Source: Actinomycetota bacterium | Lineage (GTDB): Bacteria; Actinomycetota; UBA4738; HRBIN12 | Direction of reading: 5' to 3' | Length of the DNA stretch: 64,000 bases | Assembly (NCBI GenBank): GCA_036265325.1 | Contig: DATAPH010000088.1 | Coordinates: 2,868-66,867 of the forward strand | Shown: positions 1 to 9,526 of the stretch, piece by piece | Layout: every line of letters begins with the position of its first letter | Numbering within the stretch: the first letter of the stretch is position 1 | The notes under the pieces: model-generated | Told to the model about the DNA's origin: nothing | Database searches by the model: none | The model's input: only the letters and a program-made list of their open reading frames with translations | Made by a program: the position numbers and the translations under genes

Positions 1-1071
1 CGCCCGTGTCAACGTCGGCATCGGCGCGCCCTTGACCGCGTGCAGCGTGTGCGACGAGATCGTGAGCGGCTTCGGGTAAGACAGCGCGTGCCCTTCGGGG
101 TCGATGATCACCATGTCGTCGGACACGAAGCCCGAGCCCTGCTCCTTGATCGACTTCAAGCAGGTGGTGGTCTTGCCCGTGTCGGTGCGCGCGGTGATCA
201 AGACGCCGTGGCCGTCGATCTGCAGGCAGGCGGCGTGGGCCAGGATGTAGCCCTTGCGCACCATGAGCCAGCGCACGACCGGTTCGACCACGTTCGTGTA
301 CGCCACGTGGGGGGAGCGGCGCAGCAACTTCGAGACCTGGATCCGCGACAGCGTCTCGACGTCGATCTTCGCCGCGAAGCCGAACCGGCCGAGGTGCTCG
401 ATGTAGGTGACCTCGCCGTCCTGCTCCGTGACGAGCACGCGCCGGCGGATGCCGCCGAAGCCGCGGTTGCTGACGGTGACGTCGATGTCCGGAACGGTGG
501 CGAGCTCAGGCACCTCGAACCGCTCGAGCTCCGGCAGCGGTGTCTCCGATGCGATGAGCACGATGCCGTGGATGTCGTAGGACCACGTGCCCCGGCGGGT
601 CGACGGGACGACACCGGTGGCGTCGACGCCACCGCCACCGCTACCCGACGAGGAGCGGGTGGTGCCCCAGATCAGCCGGTTGGAGATCGCGAAGCGCACG
701 AGCGTCATCCCGGTGATGACGAGCCAGTTCGCCCACAGGTACGGCACGCCGAGACCGCTGGTGATCGCAACCATCACCGGCGCGCTCGCGACGTTCCAGA
801 TGTTGTTCATCAGGGCGTACCAACCGAGGCGCGCCCAGCGGCCCTCGCGACGCCCGTCGAAGACGTAGCGCTCCAGCAGGACGAAGTTCCACGCCGTCGA
901 GAACTGCGTGGCGAGCAAGAAGCCCCACAGGTAGTAGAGCCCGAAGACGTCGGTCAGCAGCCAGAACGCGAGCTGGTTGATCACCAGGCCGGTCGCGCCG
1001 ACGGCGAGGAAGCCGAGGAAGCGGCCGCGCTTGCTGGAGGAGATCGGGGAAGTCTGTGTCCTAGTGGCCAT
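1..1071 (-). CDS. GtrA-family membrane domain fused to an HPr-kinase C-terminal-like P-loop domain. The gene is truncated by the window edge; its 3' end lies beyond position 1.
   Basis: I translated the minus strand by hand and it is open from the ATG at 1069-1071 to the window edge; the track lists only complete ORFs, so it is missing there. The N-terminus shows GtrA-like TM helices (FLAVGATGLVINQLAFWLLTDVFGLYYLWGF...NFVLLERYVF). The C-terminal part, LHAACLQIDGHGVLITARTDTGKTTTCLKSIKEQGSGFVSDD, closely parallels the HprK_C Walker-A region as I recall it from B. subtilis ([40 protein letters not shown]). The start overlaps the ppm1 stop by 11 nt. The + strand ORF 40..1107 is its antisense shadow. 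Confidence 0.6.
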   Translation of the reverse strand, partial: MATRTQTSPISSSKRGRFLGFLAVGATGLVINQLAFWLLTDVFGLYYLWGFLLATQFSTAWNFVLLERYVFDGRREGRWARLGWYALMNNIWNVASAPVMVAITSGLGVPYLWANWLVITGMTLVRFAISNRLIWGTTRSSSGSGGGGVDATGVVPSTRRGTWSYDIHGIVLIASETPLPELERFEVPELATVPDIDVTVSNRGFGGIRRRVLVTEQDGEVTYIEHLGRFGFAAKIDVETLSRIQVSKLLRRSPHVAYTNVVEPVVRWLMVRKGYILAHAACLQIDGHGVLITARTDTGKTTTCLKSIKEQGSGFVSDDMVIIDPEGHALSYPKPLTISSHTLHAVKGAPMPTLTRA

Positions 1072-1840
1072 CGGTCGCACCCTCCGGGATCCGCGCCGAA
1101 GCCATAGCCGAGACACGGGGTCGTTCGAACGCCAAGGCCACGCACCGACGCGTCGCCTCCCACACGATCGAACGAGACATCTTCGATCGCCCATACGCCC
1201 GGTCGCGGAACGTGATCGGGACTTCGACGATACGCATACCCGCGCGGGTAACCGCGTACACGCCCTCTACTTGGAAGCCATATCCGTCGCACTCGGTGCC
1301 CTGCTCGAGCAACACCTGGATCGCGTCCCGGTCGTAGACGCGGAAGCCGCCGGTGACGTCCTTGGTGGACAAGCGGAGCAGCGTCCGCGCGAACAGGTTC
1401 GCGCCGCGAGACAAGAGTCGACGTTGGAGCGGCCACCCTTCGGAGCCGCCGCCCGTCGTGTATCGCGACCCGAGCGCGAGGTCCGCGCCGTCGCGCACCG
1501 CAGCGTCGAGCGCCGGCAGATACGACGGGTCGTGGCTGAGGTCGGCGTCCATCTCGCCGACCCGGTCGTACCCATGCTCGAGCGCCCAGCGGAACCCGGC
1601 GCGGTACGCCGAGCCCAAGCCCTGCCTGCCCTCGCGCTCGATGATGTTGATCCACGGCATGGAGGCCCGCAGTTCATGGATGCGCGTCCCGGTGCCGTCG
1701 GGCGAGCCGTCATCGACGAAGAGCAGATCGACCGGCGTCGACGCGCGCACGGCTGTCACCCGGTCAACGACCGCGTCGACGTTCTCGATCTCGTTATAGG
1801 TCGGCACAACCACGACCAGCTGTGCATGTTCTGAAGCCAA
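1061..1840 (-). CDS. ppm1: polyprenol-phosphate mannose synthase (GT2, dolichyl-phosphate mannosyltransferase-like)
   Basis: 259-aa ORF with GT2 DPM1-like motifs (VVVPTYNEIENV, FVDDGSPDGT, DADLSHDP). It lies upstream of, and overlaps, the GtrA-domain gene. Confidence 0.85.
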   Translation of the reverse strand: MASEHAQLVVVVPTYNEIENVDAVVDRVTAVRASTPVDLLFVDDGSPDGTGTRIHELRASMPWINIIEREGRQGLGSAYRAGFRWALEHGYDRVGEMDADLSHDPSYLPALDAAVRDGADLALGSRYTTGGGSEGWPLQRRLLSRGANLFARTLLRLSTKDVTGGFRVYDRDAIQVLLEQGTECDGYGFQVEGVYAVTRAGMRIVEVPITFRDRAYGRSKMSRSIVWEATRRCVALAFERPRVSAMASARIPEGATDGH

Positions 1841-2139
1841 CCGATGTCCCTCCCCTATGCCCGCCAGCGAAGAGCCGGCGGATCATCGGCCAGATCCACT
1901 GGGGTCCAGCTCGGACCTCAATGCCATATCCAACGTACGGTTCCCTGCGAGCCCAACACCCGACCTGACGAGCCCTCCCCCGACGTAACTAGCCCGGGAA
2001 GGGAGAGTTATCACACGTCCGGCCTACGGTAAATGAGGCCATCGGCCTAACTGAAGGTGAACACGCCGTGACCAGGCGTTTCGCACATGCGGAAATCCTG
2101 TGAAGGTGCAACCGTCGGGTCTCTTACACTCCCCCGACC

Positions 2140-2424
2140 ATGGAGCTCCGCGACGTCCAGGCCCGCATGCGGGAGACATACGGAGCTCGCGACGCCGCCC
2201 GAGGGGTCGATGCGACCTTCCGCTGGCTCACCGAGGAGGTCGGCGAGCTGGCCAAGGCGATCCGTTCGGGCGACCCGGGCGAGCTCGCGCACGAGACCTC
2301 GGACGTGCTCGCGTGGCTCGCCTCGCTCGCCGACCAACTCGGCGTCGATCTTGAGGCCGCGATGGCCCGGTTCGCCGACGGCTGCCCGAAGTGCGGCGCG
2401 TCGCCGTGCCGGTGCGCGCCGTGA
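2140..2424 (+). CDS. small MazG-like nucleotide pyrophosphohydrolase
   Basis: 94 aa with the MazG-type motif LTEEVGELAKAI and a C-terminal Cys cluster. The 300-bp leader is relatively AT-rich. Confidence 0.7.
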   Translation: MELRDVQARMRETYGARDAARGVDATFRWLTEEVGELAKAIRSGDPGELAHETSDVLAWLASLADQLGVDLEAAMARFADGCPKCGASPCRCAP

Positions 2425-2924
2425 GCGACGTCCGCGTCCGGATGGCCGCGCCGACCGACTGGCCGGCCGTCGCAGGGTTGCTCGTCGAGCTCGGCCGCGG
2501 CGTGGCCGAGGGAACGGCGGCCGACCCGACGCATCAGCTGCAGTTCGCCGGCCACATCCGCCGGATCGAGCACGTGACGCTCGTGGCGGAAGACGACGAC
2601 GGCGTGACCGGCGTGATCGACATGGAGTACCACCAACGGCTCGGCGATCACCGGCCGCAGGCGCGGGTGCACGATCTGATCGTGACGGAACGTGCGCGCG
2701 GGAGCGGCGCGGGGCATGCGTTGCTCTCCCGCGCCGAGGAGCTCGCTCGCCGTCGCGGGTGCTTCCGCATGGCGTTGGTCACCGCCAACTGGCGGGGCGA
2801 GGCCATCGCCTTCTACGAGCGACAGGGATGGCAGAGCTACGGCTCGTGGTTCGTGAAACAGCTCGCCGGCGACGTCGGGCCGGGCGGCGAGACCACCGGA
2901 GAGCGCGGTCGCGACGACAATTAG
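2421..2924 (+). CDS. GNAT family N-acetyltransferase
   Basis: The ORF 2391..2924 carries GNAT motifs (RGSGAGHALL, AFYERQGW). The likely start is the GTG at 2421, which overlaps the mazG-like TGA in a GTGA arrangement. Confidence 0.65.
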   Translation: MSDVRVRMAAPTDWPAVAGLLVELGRGVAEGTAADPTHQLQFAGHIRRIEHVTLVAEDDDGVTGVIDMEYHQRLGDHRPQARVHDLIVTERARGSGAGHALLSRAEELARRRGCFRMALVTANWRGEAIAFYERQGWQSYGSWFVKQLAGDVGPGGETTGERGRDDN

Positions 2925-3964
2925 ACGGGGAACAACCGCTCCGCGATCATCACCGCGTCGAGCGCCGCGCCGATCCGCAGGTTGTCGGCGCAACTGAACA
3001 ACGCGAGCGCGTCGTTGCGACCGGGCACCTGCCGGATCCGGCCGACATACGCATCGTCACGCCCCGCTGCGTCCAGGGGCGTGGGGAACACCCCTGCCTC
3101 GGGGTCGTCCATCAACGTCACGCCTGGGGCAGCGTCGAGCAGCGACCGTGCCTCGGCGACGTCGATCGGCCTGTCGAACGTCGCGAGGATCGACACCGCG
3201 TGTCCCGTCACGACCGGAACGCGCACGCTGGTCGCGAGCACCTCGAGGTCGGGCGCCGACAGGATCTTCTTCGGCTCGTCCATCATCTTGATCTCTTCGC
3301 CGGTGAACCCGTCGGCCTCGAACTCGCCGATCTGCGCGACGACGTTGAACGCGATCGGCCGCGAGAACACGTCGCCGGTCGGCAGCGCATCGCGGTCGGG
3401 ATGTGCGAGGCCCTCGACGTCGCCGCCGAGCTTCTCGATCTGCTCGGCCAGCTCTCGGGTGCCTTTCTGCCCTGCGCCGCTCACGGCCTGGTACGACGAC
3501 AACACGAGCGAGCGCAGACCCGCGGCCCGGTGTAACGGCCCCACGGCCAGCACCGCCGCGATCGTCGTGCAGTTCGGAACCGCGATCACGCCGGGCTTCG
3601 GCCAGCCGTCCAGCGCCTCGGGGTTCACGTCGGCCACGACCAGCGGGCTCGCATGATCCATCCGGAACGCGCTGGAGTTGTCGATGCACACCGTCCCATG
3701 CGCCTCGACGATGCCCGGCAGGAACGCGCGCGACGTGGTCGCGCCGGCCGACACGAACGCGACGTCGACGCCCGCGGCCGCGTCGACCGACAGCTCGCGC
3801 ACCTCGATGTCGCGACCACCGAACGGGACCGTCCGCCCGGCGCTCCGCGCCGACGCGAGCGGCACGAACTCGTCCACGGGGAATCGCCGCTCCTGCAGGA
3901 TGCGGGCCATCTCCCGTCCGACCGCGCCGGTCGCACCGATCACCGCCACCTTCATGGAGAACAT
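2921..3964 (-). CDS. asd: aspartate-semialdehyde dehydrogenase
   Basis: 347 aa with the N-terminal Rossmann motif MKVAVIGATGAVG and the active-site region SGAGQKG. It sits immediately downstream of aspartate kinase in the classic ask-asd arrangement. Confidence 0.9.
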   Translation of the reverse strand: MFSMKVAVIGATGAVGREMARILQERRFPVDEFVPLASARSAGRTVPFGGRDIEVRELSVDAAAGVDVAFVSAGATTSRAFLPGIVEAHGTVCIDNSSAFRMDHASPLVVADVNPEALDGWPKPGVIAVPNCTTIAAVLAVGPLHRAAGLRSLVLSSYQAVSGAGQKGTRELAEQIEKLGGDVEGLAHPDRDALPTGDVFSRPIAFNVVAQIGEFEADGFTGEEIKMMDEPKKILSAPDLEVLATSVRVPVVTGHAVSILATFDRPIDVAEARSLLDAAPGVTLMDDPEAGVFPTPLDAAGRDDAYVGRIRQVPGRNDALALFSCADNLRIGAALDAVMIAERLFPV

Positions 3965-4007
3965 CCTAGCGACGACCTCGACAGGAACCGGTCGCTGACC
4001 AGGCGTT

Positions 4008-5234
4008 CTACGCGACCGGCGTGTCGAGCCCGAACCGCTGGTGGACGACCTGCAGCGCCCGGTCGCCGTCGGCGCGGCGGATCACGCACGATACGCGGAT
4101 CGGCGACGTCGAAATCATCTCGATGTTGATCCCCTCGGTGGCGAGCGCGTCGAACATGTCGGCCGCGACGCCCGGGTGCGACTTCATCCCGGCGCCGACG
4201 AGCGAAAGCTTGGCGATGTCGTCGTCGATCGTGAACCGCTCCGCGCCGATCTCCGCGGTGAGCGACTCGAGCGCCGAACGCAGCCGCTGCAGGTCCGCGC
4301 GCGGCGCCGTGAACGACAGGTCGGTCGTGTCCTCGTGCGACACGTTCTGCACGATCATGTCGACGTTCACGCCCTCGGCGGCGATCGCCTTGAACACGCG
4401 CGCCGCAACGCCGGGGCGGTCGGGCACGTCGTCGATCGTTACCTTGGCCTCCTCGGCGTCCAGGGCGATCCCGCTGATCAACACGCCTTCCATCTCGTCC
4501 TCGCTCCTCTCACGAACCCACGTGCCGTCGTCGTCGTGGAACGCCGAGCGGACGTGGATCTTCACGCCATTGCGCCGGGCCATCTCGACCGAGCGCGTCT
4601 GCAGCACCTTCGCGCCGGCGGCCGCGAGCTCCAACATCTCGTCGTAGCCGATCATCCCGACCTTGCGGGCGCCCGTGACCACGCGGGGGTCCGCCATGAA
4701 GACGCCGTCGACGTCGGTGTAGATCTCACAGACGTCGGCGCCGACGGCGCCTGCCATCGCAACGGCCGTCAGGTCCGAGCCGCCGCGGCCGAGCGTCGTG
4801 ATCTCGTAGTCGCTCGAGAGTCCCTGGAAGCCGGCGAGGATCACGACGGTGCCCGCGTCGAGGGCCTCGACGACCCGCTTCGGCCGGATCTCGGTGATCT
4901 TCGCCGCGCCGTGGCGCGTGTCGGTGATGATTCCGGCCTGCGAGCCGGTGTAGCTCGCCGCGCGACATCCCCTGGCGTTCAACGCGATCCCGAGCAGCGA
5001 CATCGAGATCCGCTCCCCGGCGGTGAGCAGCATGTCGAGCTCGCGCGGGTCGGGCAGTTCGGCGATCTCCGAGGCCATCGCCAGTAGATCGTCGGTCGTG
5101 TCGCCCATCGCGCTGACGACGACGATCACTCCGACGCCCGCTTCCCGGGCACGCACGACGCGGTCCGCGACGGCCTGCAGCCGCTCGACCGAGCCGACGG
5201 ACGTGCCGCCGAACTTCATGACGACGGTGGGCAT
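4008..5234 (-). CDS. lysC: aspartate kinase (with C-terminal ACT regulatory domains)
   Basis: 408 aa, beginning VVMKFGGTSV. The kinase domain is followed by tandem ACT-like repeats (VSLVGAGMKSHPGVAA...). Confidence 0.9.
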   Translation of the reverse strand: MPTVVMKFGGTSVGSVERLQAVADRVVRAREAGVGVIVVVSAMGDTTDDLLAMASEIAELPDPRELDMLLTAGERISMSLLGIALNARGCRAASYTGSQAGIITDTRHGAAKITEIRPKRVVEALDAGTVVILAGFQGLSSDYEITTLGRGGSDLTAVAMAGAVGADVCEIYTDVDGVFMADPRVVTGARKVGMIGYDEMLELAAAGAKVLQTRSVEMARRNGVKIHVRSAFHDDDGTWVRERSEDEMEGVLISGIALDAEEAKVTIDDVPDRPGVAARVFKAIAAEGVNVDMIVQNVSHEDTTDLSFTAPRADLQRLRSALESLTAEIGAERFTIDDDIAKLSLVGAGMKSHPGVAADMFDALATEGINIEMISTSPIRVSCVIRRADGDRALQVVHQRFGLDTPVA

Positions 5235-5295
5235 GCCTGCGGGGCTCCTGAACGGGGACGAGCCGAGTGTAGCCCCGGGTACCCTGCCGCCCCGT

Positions 5296-5889
5296 ATGGA
5301 GGTGTCGATCCGCCCGCTGCCCCACGATCGCTGGCCCGAGGCCGCCAGACTCGCCGGCCGCGCGTTCTGGACCGAGGACTACATGGCGCCGCTCGCCGAG
5401 GACCCGCTGGACCGGTTCGCGGTCGTCCAGGACATGTACCTGCGGATGGAGACGTCGCCGACATCGACGACGCTCGCCGCGTTCGCCGGCGATCACGTGG
5501 TCGGTTTCGCCTCCGTCGAGCGGGGCGCGTGCTTCTTCTGCTCGTTGGACCCTGCGGCGGCACCGCCCGCGGGTGACCGGACCGCCGAGGTGCTCCACGG
5601 GGTGGATCTCGCGATCCGCGAGCTCCACATCGGCCTCCCGGCGCACGCCAACGTCGGCCCCGTAGCCGTGGAACCGACGTTGCAGGGCAAGGGGATCGGC
5701 GCCGCCCTGGTCGATGCCGCCTTCGAACTCGCCGCAGCCGATGCACCGCCCACCGTCTCGCTCGACTGCGACCCACGGCTCCAGGGCTTCTACGAGGCGC
5801 GAGGCTTCGAAGCAGTAGCCCGAGTGACCGACCCGTGGGGTTTCGACATCGTCGGCCTGCGTCGTGATTCCGTAAGGCCGGTACCCTGA
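5296..5889 (+). CDS. GNAT family N-acetyltransferase
   Basis: The ORF 5023..5889 overlaps lysC, so I trimmed it to the in-frame ATG at 5296 (MEVSIRPL...). GNAT motif: VEPTLQGKGIGAALV. Confidence 0.65.
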   Translation: MEVSIRPLPHDRWPEAARLAGRAFWTEDYMAPLAEDPLDRFAVVQDMYLRMETSPTSTTLAAFAGDHVVGFASVERGACFFCSLDPAAAPPAGDRTAEVLHGVDLAIRELHIGLPAHANVGPVAVEPTLQGKGIGAALVDAAFELAAADAPPTVSLDCDPRLQGFYEARGFEAVARVTDPWGFDIVGLRRDSVRPVP

Positions 5890-6017
5890 CGCGGTGCGGC
5901 CGGCCCCAACGAAGCACAACCGTCTCTGGCCGGTTGCGCGTATCTAGGACTGAACCGCAGTTTGTGCTCGGTCGCCGAGCGTTGCAGGATGGGCCGTTCG
6001 ATACGGGAGGTAGCTTG

Positions 6018-7649
6018 ATGAGGGGTTCGCTTCGGGTTCTGGTGATCGGACTGGCAGTGACGTTCGTCGCCGCCGCGTGCAGCAGCAATTCAAGCGGCGG
6101 CGGGTCGGAGGCACCGGGCCAGCAGGGTGGGACGTACTCGTTCTACAACGGTGAGCCCAACCACCTGATCCCGCAGAACGACTACGAGTCGGCGGGCACG
6201 CAGGCTTTCCAGGCGCTGTGGACGCGTCTCGTGGACTTCGACCCCACGACGTACAAGCCGGTCCCGGCCCAGGCTGACTCGATCACGCAGTCGAGCGACG
6301 GACTGACCTACGACATCAAGATCAAGTCCGGCTGGACGTTCCACAATGGCGAGCCGGTCACCGCACAGTCCTATGTCGACGCGTGGAACTACGCCGCCTA
6401 CGGCCCCAACGCCTACATCCTCAACTTCTTCTTTGACAAGATTGAGGGCTACGACGCGCTTAACCCCTCGAGCGGAACGCCCAAGACCAAGGAGCTGTCC
6501 GGCCTAAAGGTCGTGAGCGACACGGAGTTCACCGTCAAACTGAGCAACCCGTTCAGTCAATTCGAGTACACCCTCGGGTTCGACGCGTTCGACCCGCTGC
6601 CGAAGGCCTTCTACCAGGACCCGAAGGCCTTCGACGAGCAGCCGATCGGTGACGGGCCGTACATGATGGACGGCAAGTGGCAGCACGACCAGACGATCAA
6701 CCTCCAGCGGTATCCCGACTACGCGGGAACGCCTGGATTCGCGGACAAGATCGAGCTTCGGATCTACCAGGGCGACGCGGCGTGGCTGGACTTCCAGGCG
6801 GGCAACCTCGACATCACGCTCGTGGGATCCGACCACCTGAACGAAGCTCGCAAGAGCTATTCCGACACGCTGTCCGAGGAGCCGGGCGCGACGCTGCTGT
6901 ACCTGAACATTCCGTTGTACGACCCGCAGTACCAGAACAAGGAGGTTCGCCAGGCACTGTCGCTGGCGATCGACCGCCAGGCGGTGATGAACGCGATCCT
7001 CGTTGCGGAGACACCGGCCGACGACTTCATGCCGCCGCCGGTGACCGGCTACCGGCAAGGCGCGTGCCAGTACTGCCAGTTCAACGCCGACCTCGCGAAG
7101 CAGAAGCTCGCGGACGCGGGCGGGTTCAACGGAACGCTGACGCTGAACTTCTACGCCGACGACACGACGCTCGAGCAGGCGATGGAGGCCGTGGCGCAAC
7201 AGTGGCACGACAACCTCGGGATCACCACCAAGCTCAACGCCATCCCGCAGAACACCTACTTCTCGGGATCGGGTCCGATCTACACGAAGAAGATGACCGG
7301 TCCGTGGTGGGACGGATGGACGGAGGACTACCCGAGCATCCAAGACTTCCTCGAGCCGATCTATGGCGCGAACGGCGGCTACAACACGTCGGGCTACCTC
7401 AACAAGCAGTTCGACTCGACGTTGGACACGGCGAACCAGCAGAGCCTGGACGAGTCGATCCCGACCTACCAGCAGGCCGACGACATGATCCTGGAGGACA
7501 TGCCGGCGATCCCGTGGGGGTACCTCGGCTTCAACACCGTGCACGACGACAACGTGACCAATCTGGTGAAGGTGCCCGGCCTCGACGAGCTCGACCTGGC
7601 GAAGGTGCAGGTCGTCGGCGCGTCGGGGGCGAGCGCCAGCGCAAGCTAG
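6018..7649 (+). CDS. ABC transporter substrate-binding lipoprotein, family 5 (peptide/nickel, DppA/OppA-like)
   Basis: The start is the ATG at 6018, just after GGAGG. It has a signal peptide with the lipobox LAVTFVAAACSS. SBP family 5 length and motifs are present. It is the first gene of a five-gene ABC operon. Confidence 0.85.
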   Translation: MRGSLRVLVIGLAVTFVAAACSSNSSGGGSEAPGQQGGTYSFYNGEPNHLIPQNDYESAGTQAFQALWTRLVDFDPTTYKPVPAQADSITQSSDGLTYDIKIKSGWTFHNGEPVTAQSYVDAWNYAAYGPNAYILNFFFDKIEGYDALNPSSGTPKTKELSGLKVVSDTEFTVKLSNPFSQFEYTLGFDAFDPLPKAFYQDPKAFDEQPIGDGPYMMDGKWQHDQTINLQRYPDYAGTPGFADKIELRIYQGDAAWLDFQAGNLDITLVGSDHLNEARKSYSDTLSEEPGATLLYLNIPLYDPQYQNKEVRQALSLAIDRQAVMNAILVAETPADDFMPPPVTGYRQGACQYCQFNADLAKQKLADAGGFNGTLTLNFYADDTTLEQAMEAVAQQWHDNLGITTKLNAIPQNTYFSGSGPIYTKKMTGPWWDGWTEDYPSIQDFLEPIYGANGGYNTSGYLNKQFDSTLDTANQQSLDESIPTYQQADDMILEDMPAIPWGYLGFNTVHDDNVTNLVKVPGLDELDLAKVQVVGASGASASAS

Positions 7650-7665
7650 AAGAGACGGATAGGCC

Positions 7666-8592
7666 GTGTCCAAGCGGTACCTGATCCGGCGCCTGCTCCT
7701 AGTGGTGCCGGTATTGCTAGGCACGATCCTGATCGTCTTCGCGCTGGTGTTCCTCACGCCGGGCGACCCCGTCGCCCGGCTGGCGGGGAACAAGCCGCTT
7801 GCACCGAGCACGTACAACGAGATCAGAACGCAGTACCACCTGGGTCAGCCCTTCGTGGTGCAGTACCTGTACTACCTCGACGGGCTGGTCCATGGTGATC
7901 TGGGCGCGACCTTCACCGGTCGCGACGTCAGTTCGATCATCAGCGAGCGGTTCCCGGTCACGCTCAAGCTCACGCTCGGCGCTTTCGCCATCGAGGTCGT
8001 CTTCGGGCTACTGCTGGCGGTCGTCGCCGCCGTGAAGCGACGAACCTTCCTCGACAGCGCGATCCTCGTCTTCACGTTGTTCATGATCACCGTCCCGATC
8101 CTCGTGCTGGGCTTCGTGTTGCAGTACGTGTTCGGGGTGAAGCTGCACTGGTTACCCGTCGCCGGGATCCGCGACGGCGCGGCGAGCTACGTTCTGCCGT
8201 CACTCACGCTCGGGCTCGGCCTCGCCGCTTCGCTCGGCAGGCTGGCCCGATCCAACGTGCTCGACAACATGCAAGGGGAACACATCCGTGCCGCCATCGC
8301 GCGCGGGCTGCCTCGTCGCCGCGTCGTCGGCCGCCACGTCCTGAAGAACTCGCTGGTGCCGATCGTCACGATCCTCGGCCTGGACTTCGCCTACCTCATG
8401 GGTGGCGCCGTCATCACCGAGACCATCTTCAACCTGCCCGGACTCGGCAATGCGCTCATCACAGGGATCAAGACGCAGAACGGGCCTATGGTCGTGGGGC
8501 TCGTTACGTTGTCGGCCATCATCTTCGTGTTCACGAACCTGTTCGTGGACCTGTTGTGCGCACGGATCGACCCGAGGATCAGCTATGAGTGA
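7666..8592 (+). CDS. ABC transporter permease (DppB/OppB-like)
   Basis: 308 aa, multi-TM, with the EAA-like loop motif of BPD permeases. Confidence 0.85.
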   Translation: MSKRYLIRRLLLVVPVLLGTILIVFALVFLTPGDPVARLAGNKPLAPSTYNEIRTQYHLGQPFVVQYLYYLDGLVHGDLGATFTGRDVSSIISERFPVTLKLTLGAFAIEVVFGLLLAVVAAVKRRTFLDSAILVFTLFMITVPILVLGFVLQYVFGVKLHWLPVAGIRDGAASYVLPSLTLGLGLAASLGRLARSNVLDNMQGEHIRAAIARGLPRRRVVGRHVLKNSLVPIVTILGLDFAYLMGGAVITETIFNLPGLGNALITGIKTQNGPMVVGLVTLSAIIFVFTNLFVDLLCARIDPRISYE

Positions 8593-9526
8593 CGACCTCC
8601 TGCCGCCGCCCGAGAGCGAGGTCAAACCCCGGAGCCTGACCGAGGCGATCGCCATGCCGACCGGCGGCAAGCAGCTCACGCTGTGGGGCGACGTCTGGCA
8701 CAAGCTCAAGCGCGACAAGCGCTTCTACGTCGCCGCGTTCCTGATCGCGATCTTCGTGCTGATGGCGATCGCGCCGTTCCTGTTCTTCGTCAAGGACCCG
8801 AACGCGTGCGCGATCACCGACTCGACGCTCCCGATGAGCAAGCAGCATTGGTTCGGCACCGACATCCTCGGATGCGACTACTACACGCGCGTGATCTACG
8901 GGGCTCGAACCTCGCTCGAGGTCGGCGTGATCGTGTCGAGCCTCTCGATCGTGATCGCCCTGACGTTCGGGGCGTCGGCCGGGTACTTCGGCGGGTGGGT
9001 CGACACGGTCATCTCGCGTTGGGCGGACATCTGGTTCTCCATCCCGACCATCCTCGGCGCCCTGCTGGTCCTCACGCTGTTCAACGGCGGCGGCCCCGTT
9101 CTCGTCTCACTGGTGATCGTGATGTTCGCGTGGCCGGATATGACGCGCCTCGTGCGCTCGACGGTGATCAGCGGGAAGTCGCGAGGGTACGTCCGCGCCG
9201 CGCGCACGATGGGCTCCCGCGGCAGGCGCATCCTCCGTCGCCACGTGCTGCCCAACGGGATCGCGCCGGTGCTCGTGTTCGCCGCGTACGTCGTCGGCAG
9301 CTCGGTCGGGGCCGAGGCCGGCCTGACGTTCCTGGGCGTCGGCCTCCGGCTGCCCACGATCTCGTGGGGACTGCAGCTCGCGGTCGCGGACACCCGGTTC
9401 CCCGAGGACGCATATCTGATGTTCTGGCCGTCGCTGTTCCTGTGCCTGTTGATCGGCGCGTTCATCCTGCTCGGCGAGTCGCTCCGCGACGCCATGGACC
9501 CGAAATTGTTCGGTGGCGATGTCTGA
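8585..9526 (+). CDS. ABC transporter permease (DppC/OppC-like)
   Basis: In-frame ATG at 8585 (MSDDLLPPPES...), overlapping the preceding stop by 8 nt. N-terminal region plus six TM segments. The track's upstream extension from 8402 overlaps the previous gene and I rejected it. Confidence 0.85.
   Translation: MSDDLLPPPESEVKPRSLTEAIAMPTGGKQLTLWGDVWHKLKRDKRFYVAAFLIAIFVLMAIAPFLFFVKDPNACAITDSTLPMSKQHWFGTDILGCDYYTRVIYGARTSLEVGVIVSSLSIVIALTFGASAGYFGGWVDTVISRWADIWFSIPTILGALLVLTLFNGGGPVLVSLVIVMFAWPDMTRLVRSTVISGKSRGYVRAARTMGSRGRRILRRHVLPNGIAPVLVFAAYVVGSSVGAEAGLTFLGVGLRLPTISWGLQLAVADTRFPEDAYLMFWPSLFLCLLIGAFILLGESLRDAMDPKLFGGDV

Noticed and set aside
40-1107. Long + strand ORF (355 aa) rich in Arg/Asp/His/Val.
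   Set aside because: It is the antisense shadow of the minus-strand GtrA/HprK-like gene. The biased composition is typical of reverse-frame translation of high-GC coding DNA, and there is no homology.
981-1799. Three overlapping ORFs (981..1655 minus, 1267..1713 minus, 1353..1799 plus) inside ppm1.
   Set aside because: They are alternative-frame or antisense shadows of the well-supported ppm1 gene. Their sequences are low-complexity and Arg/Ser/Pro-rich.
2087-3535. 482-aa + strand ORF spanning the mazG-like gene, the GNAT gene and asd.
   Set aside because: It overlaps three genes with clear homology and has an extreme Arg/Pro/Ala composition. It is a shadow ORF.
2067-4007. A shared 12-mer TGACCAGGCGTT in the mazG leader (about 2067) and in the ask-asd intergenic region (about 3996).
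   Set aside because: Dozens of chance 12-mer coincidences are expected in 64 kb of GC-biased sequence. There is no flanking similarity or palindromic character.
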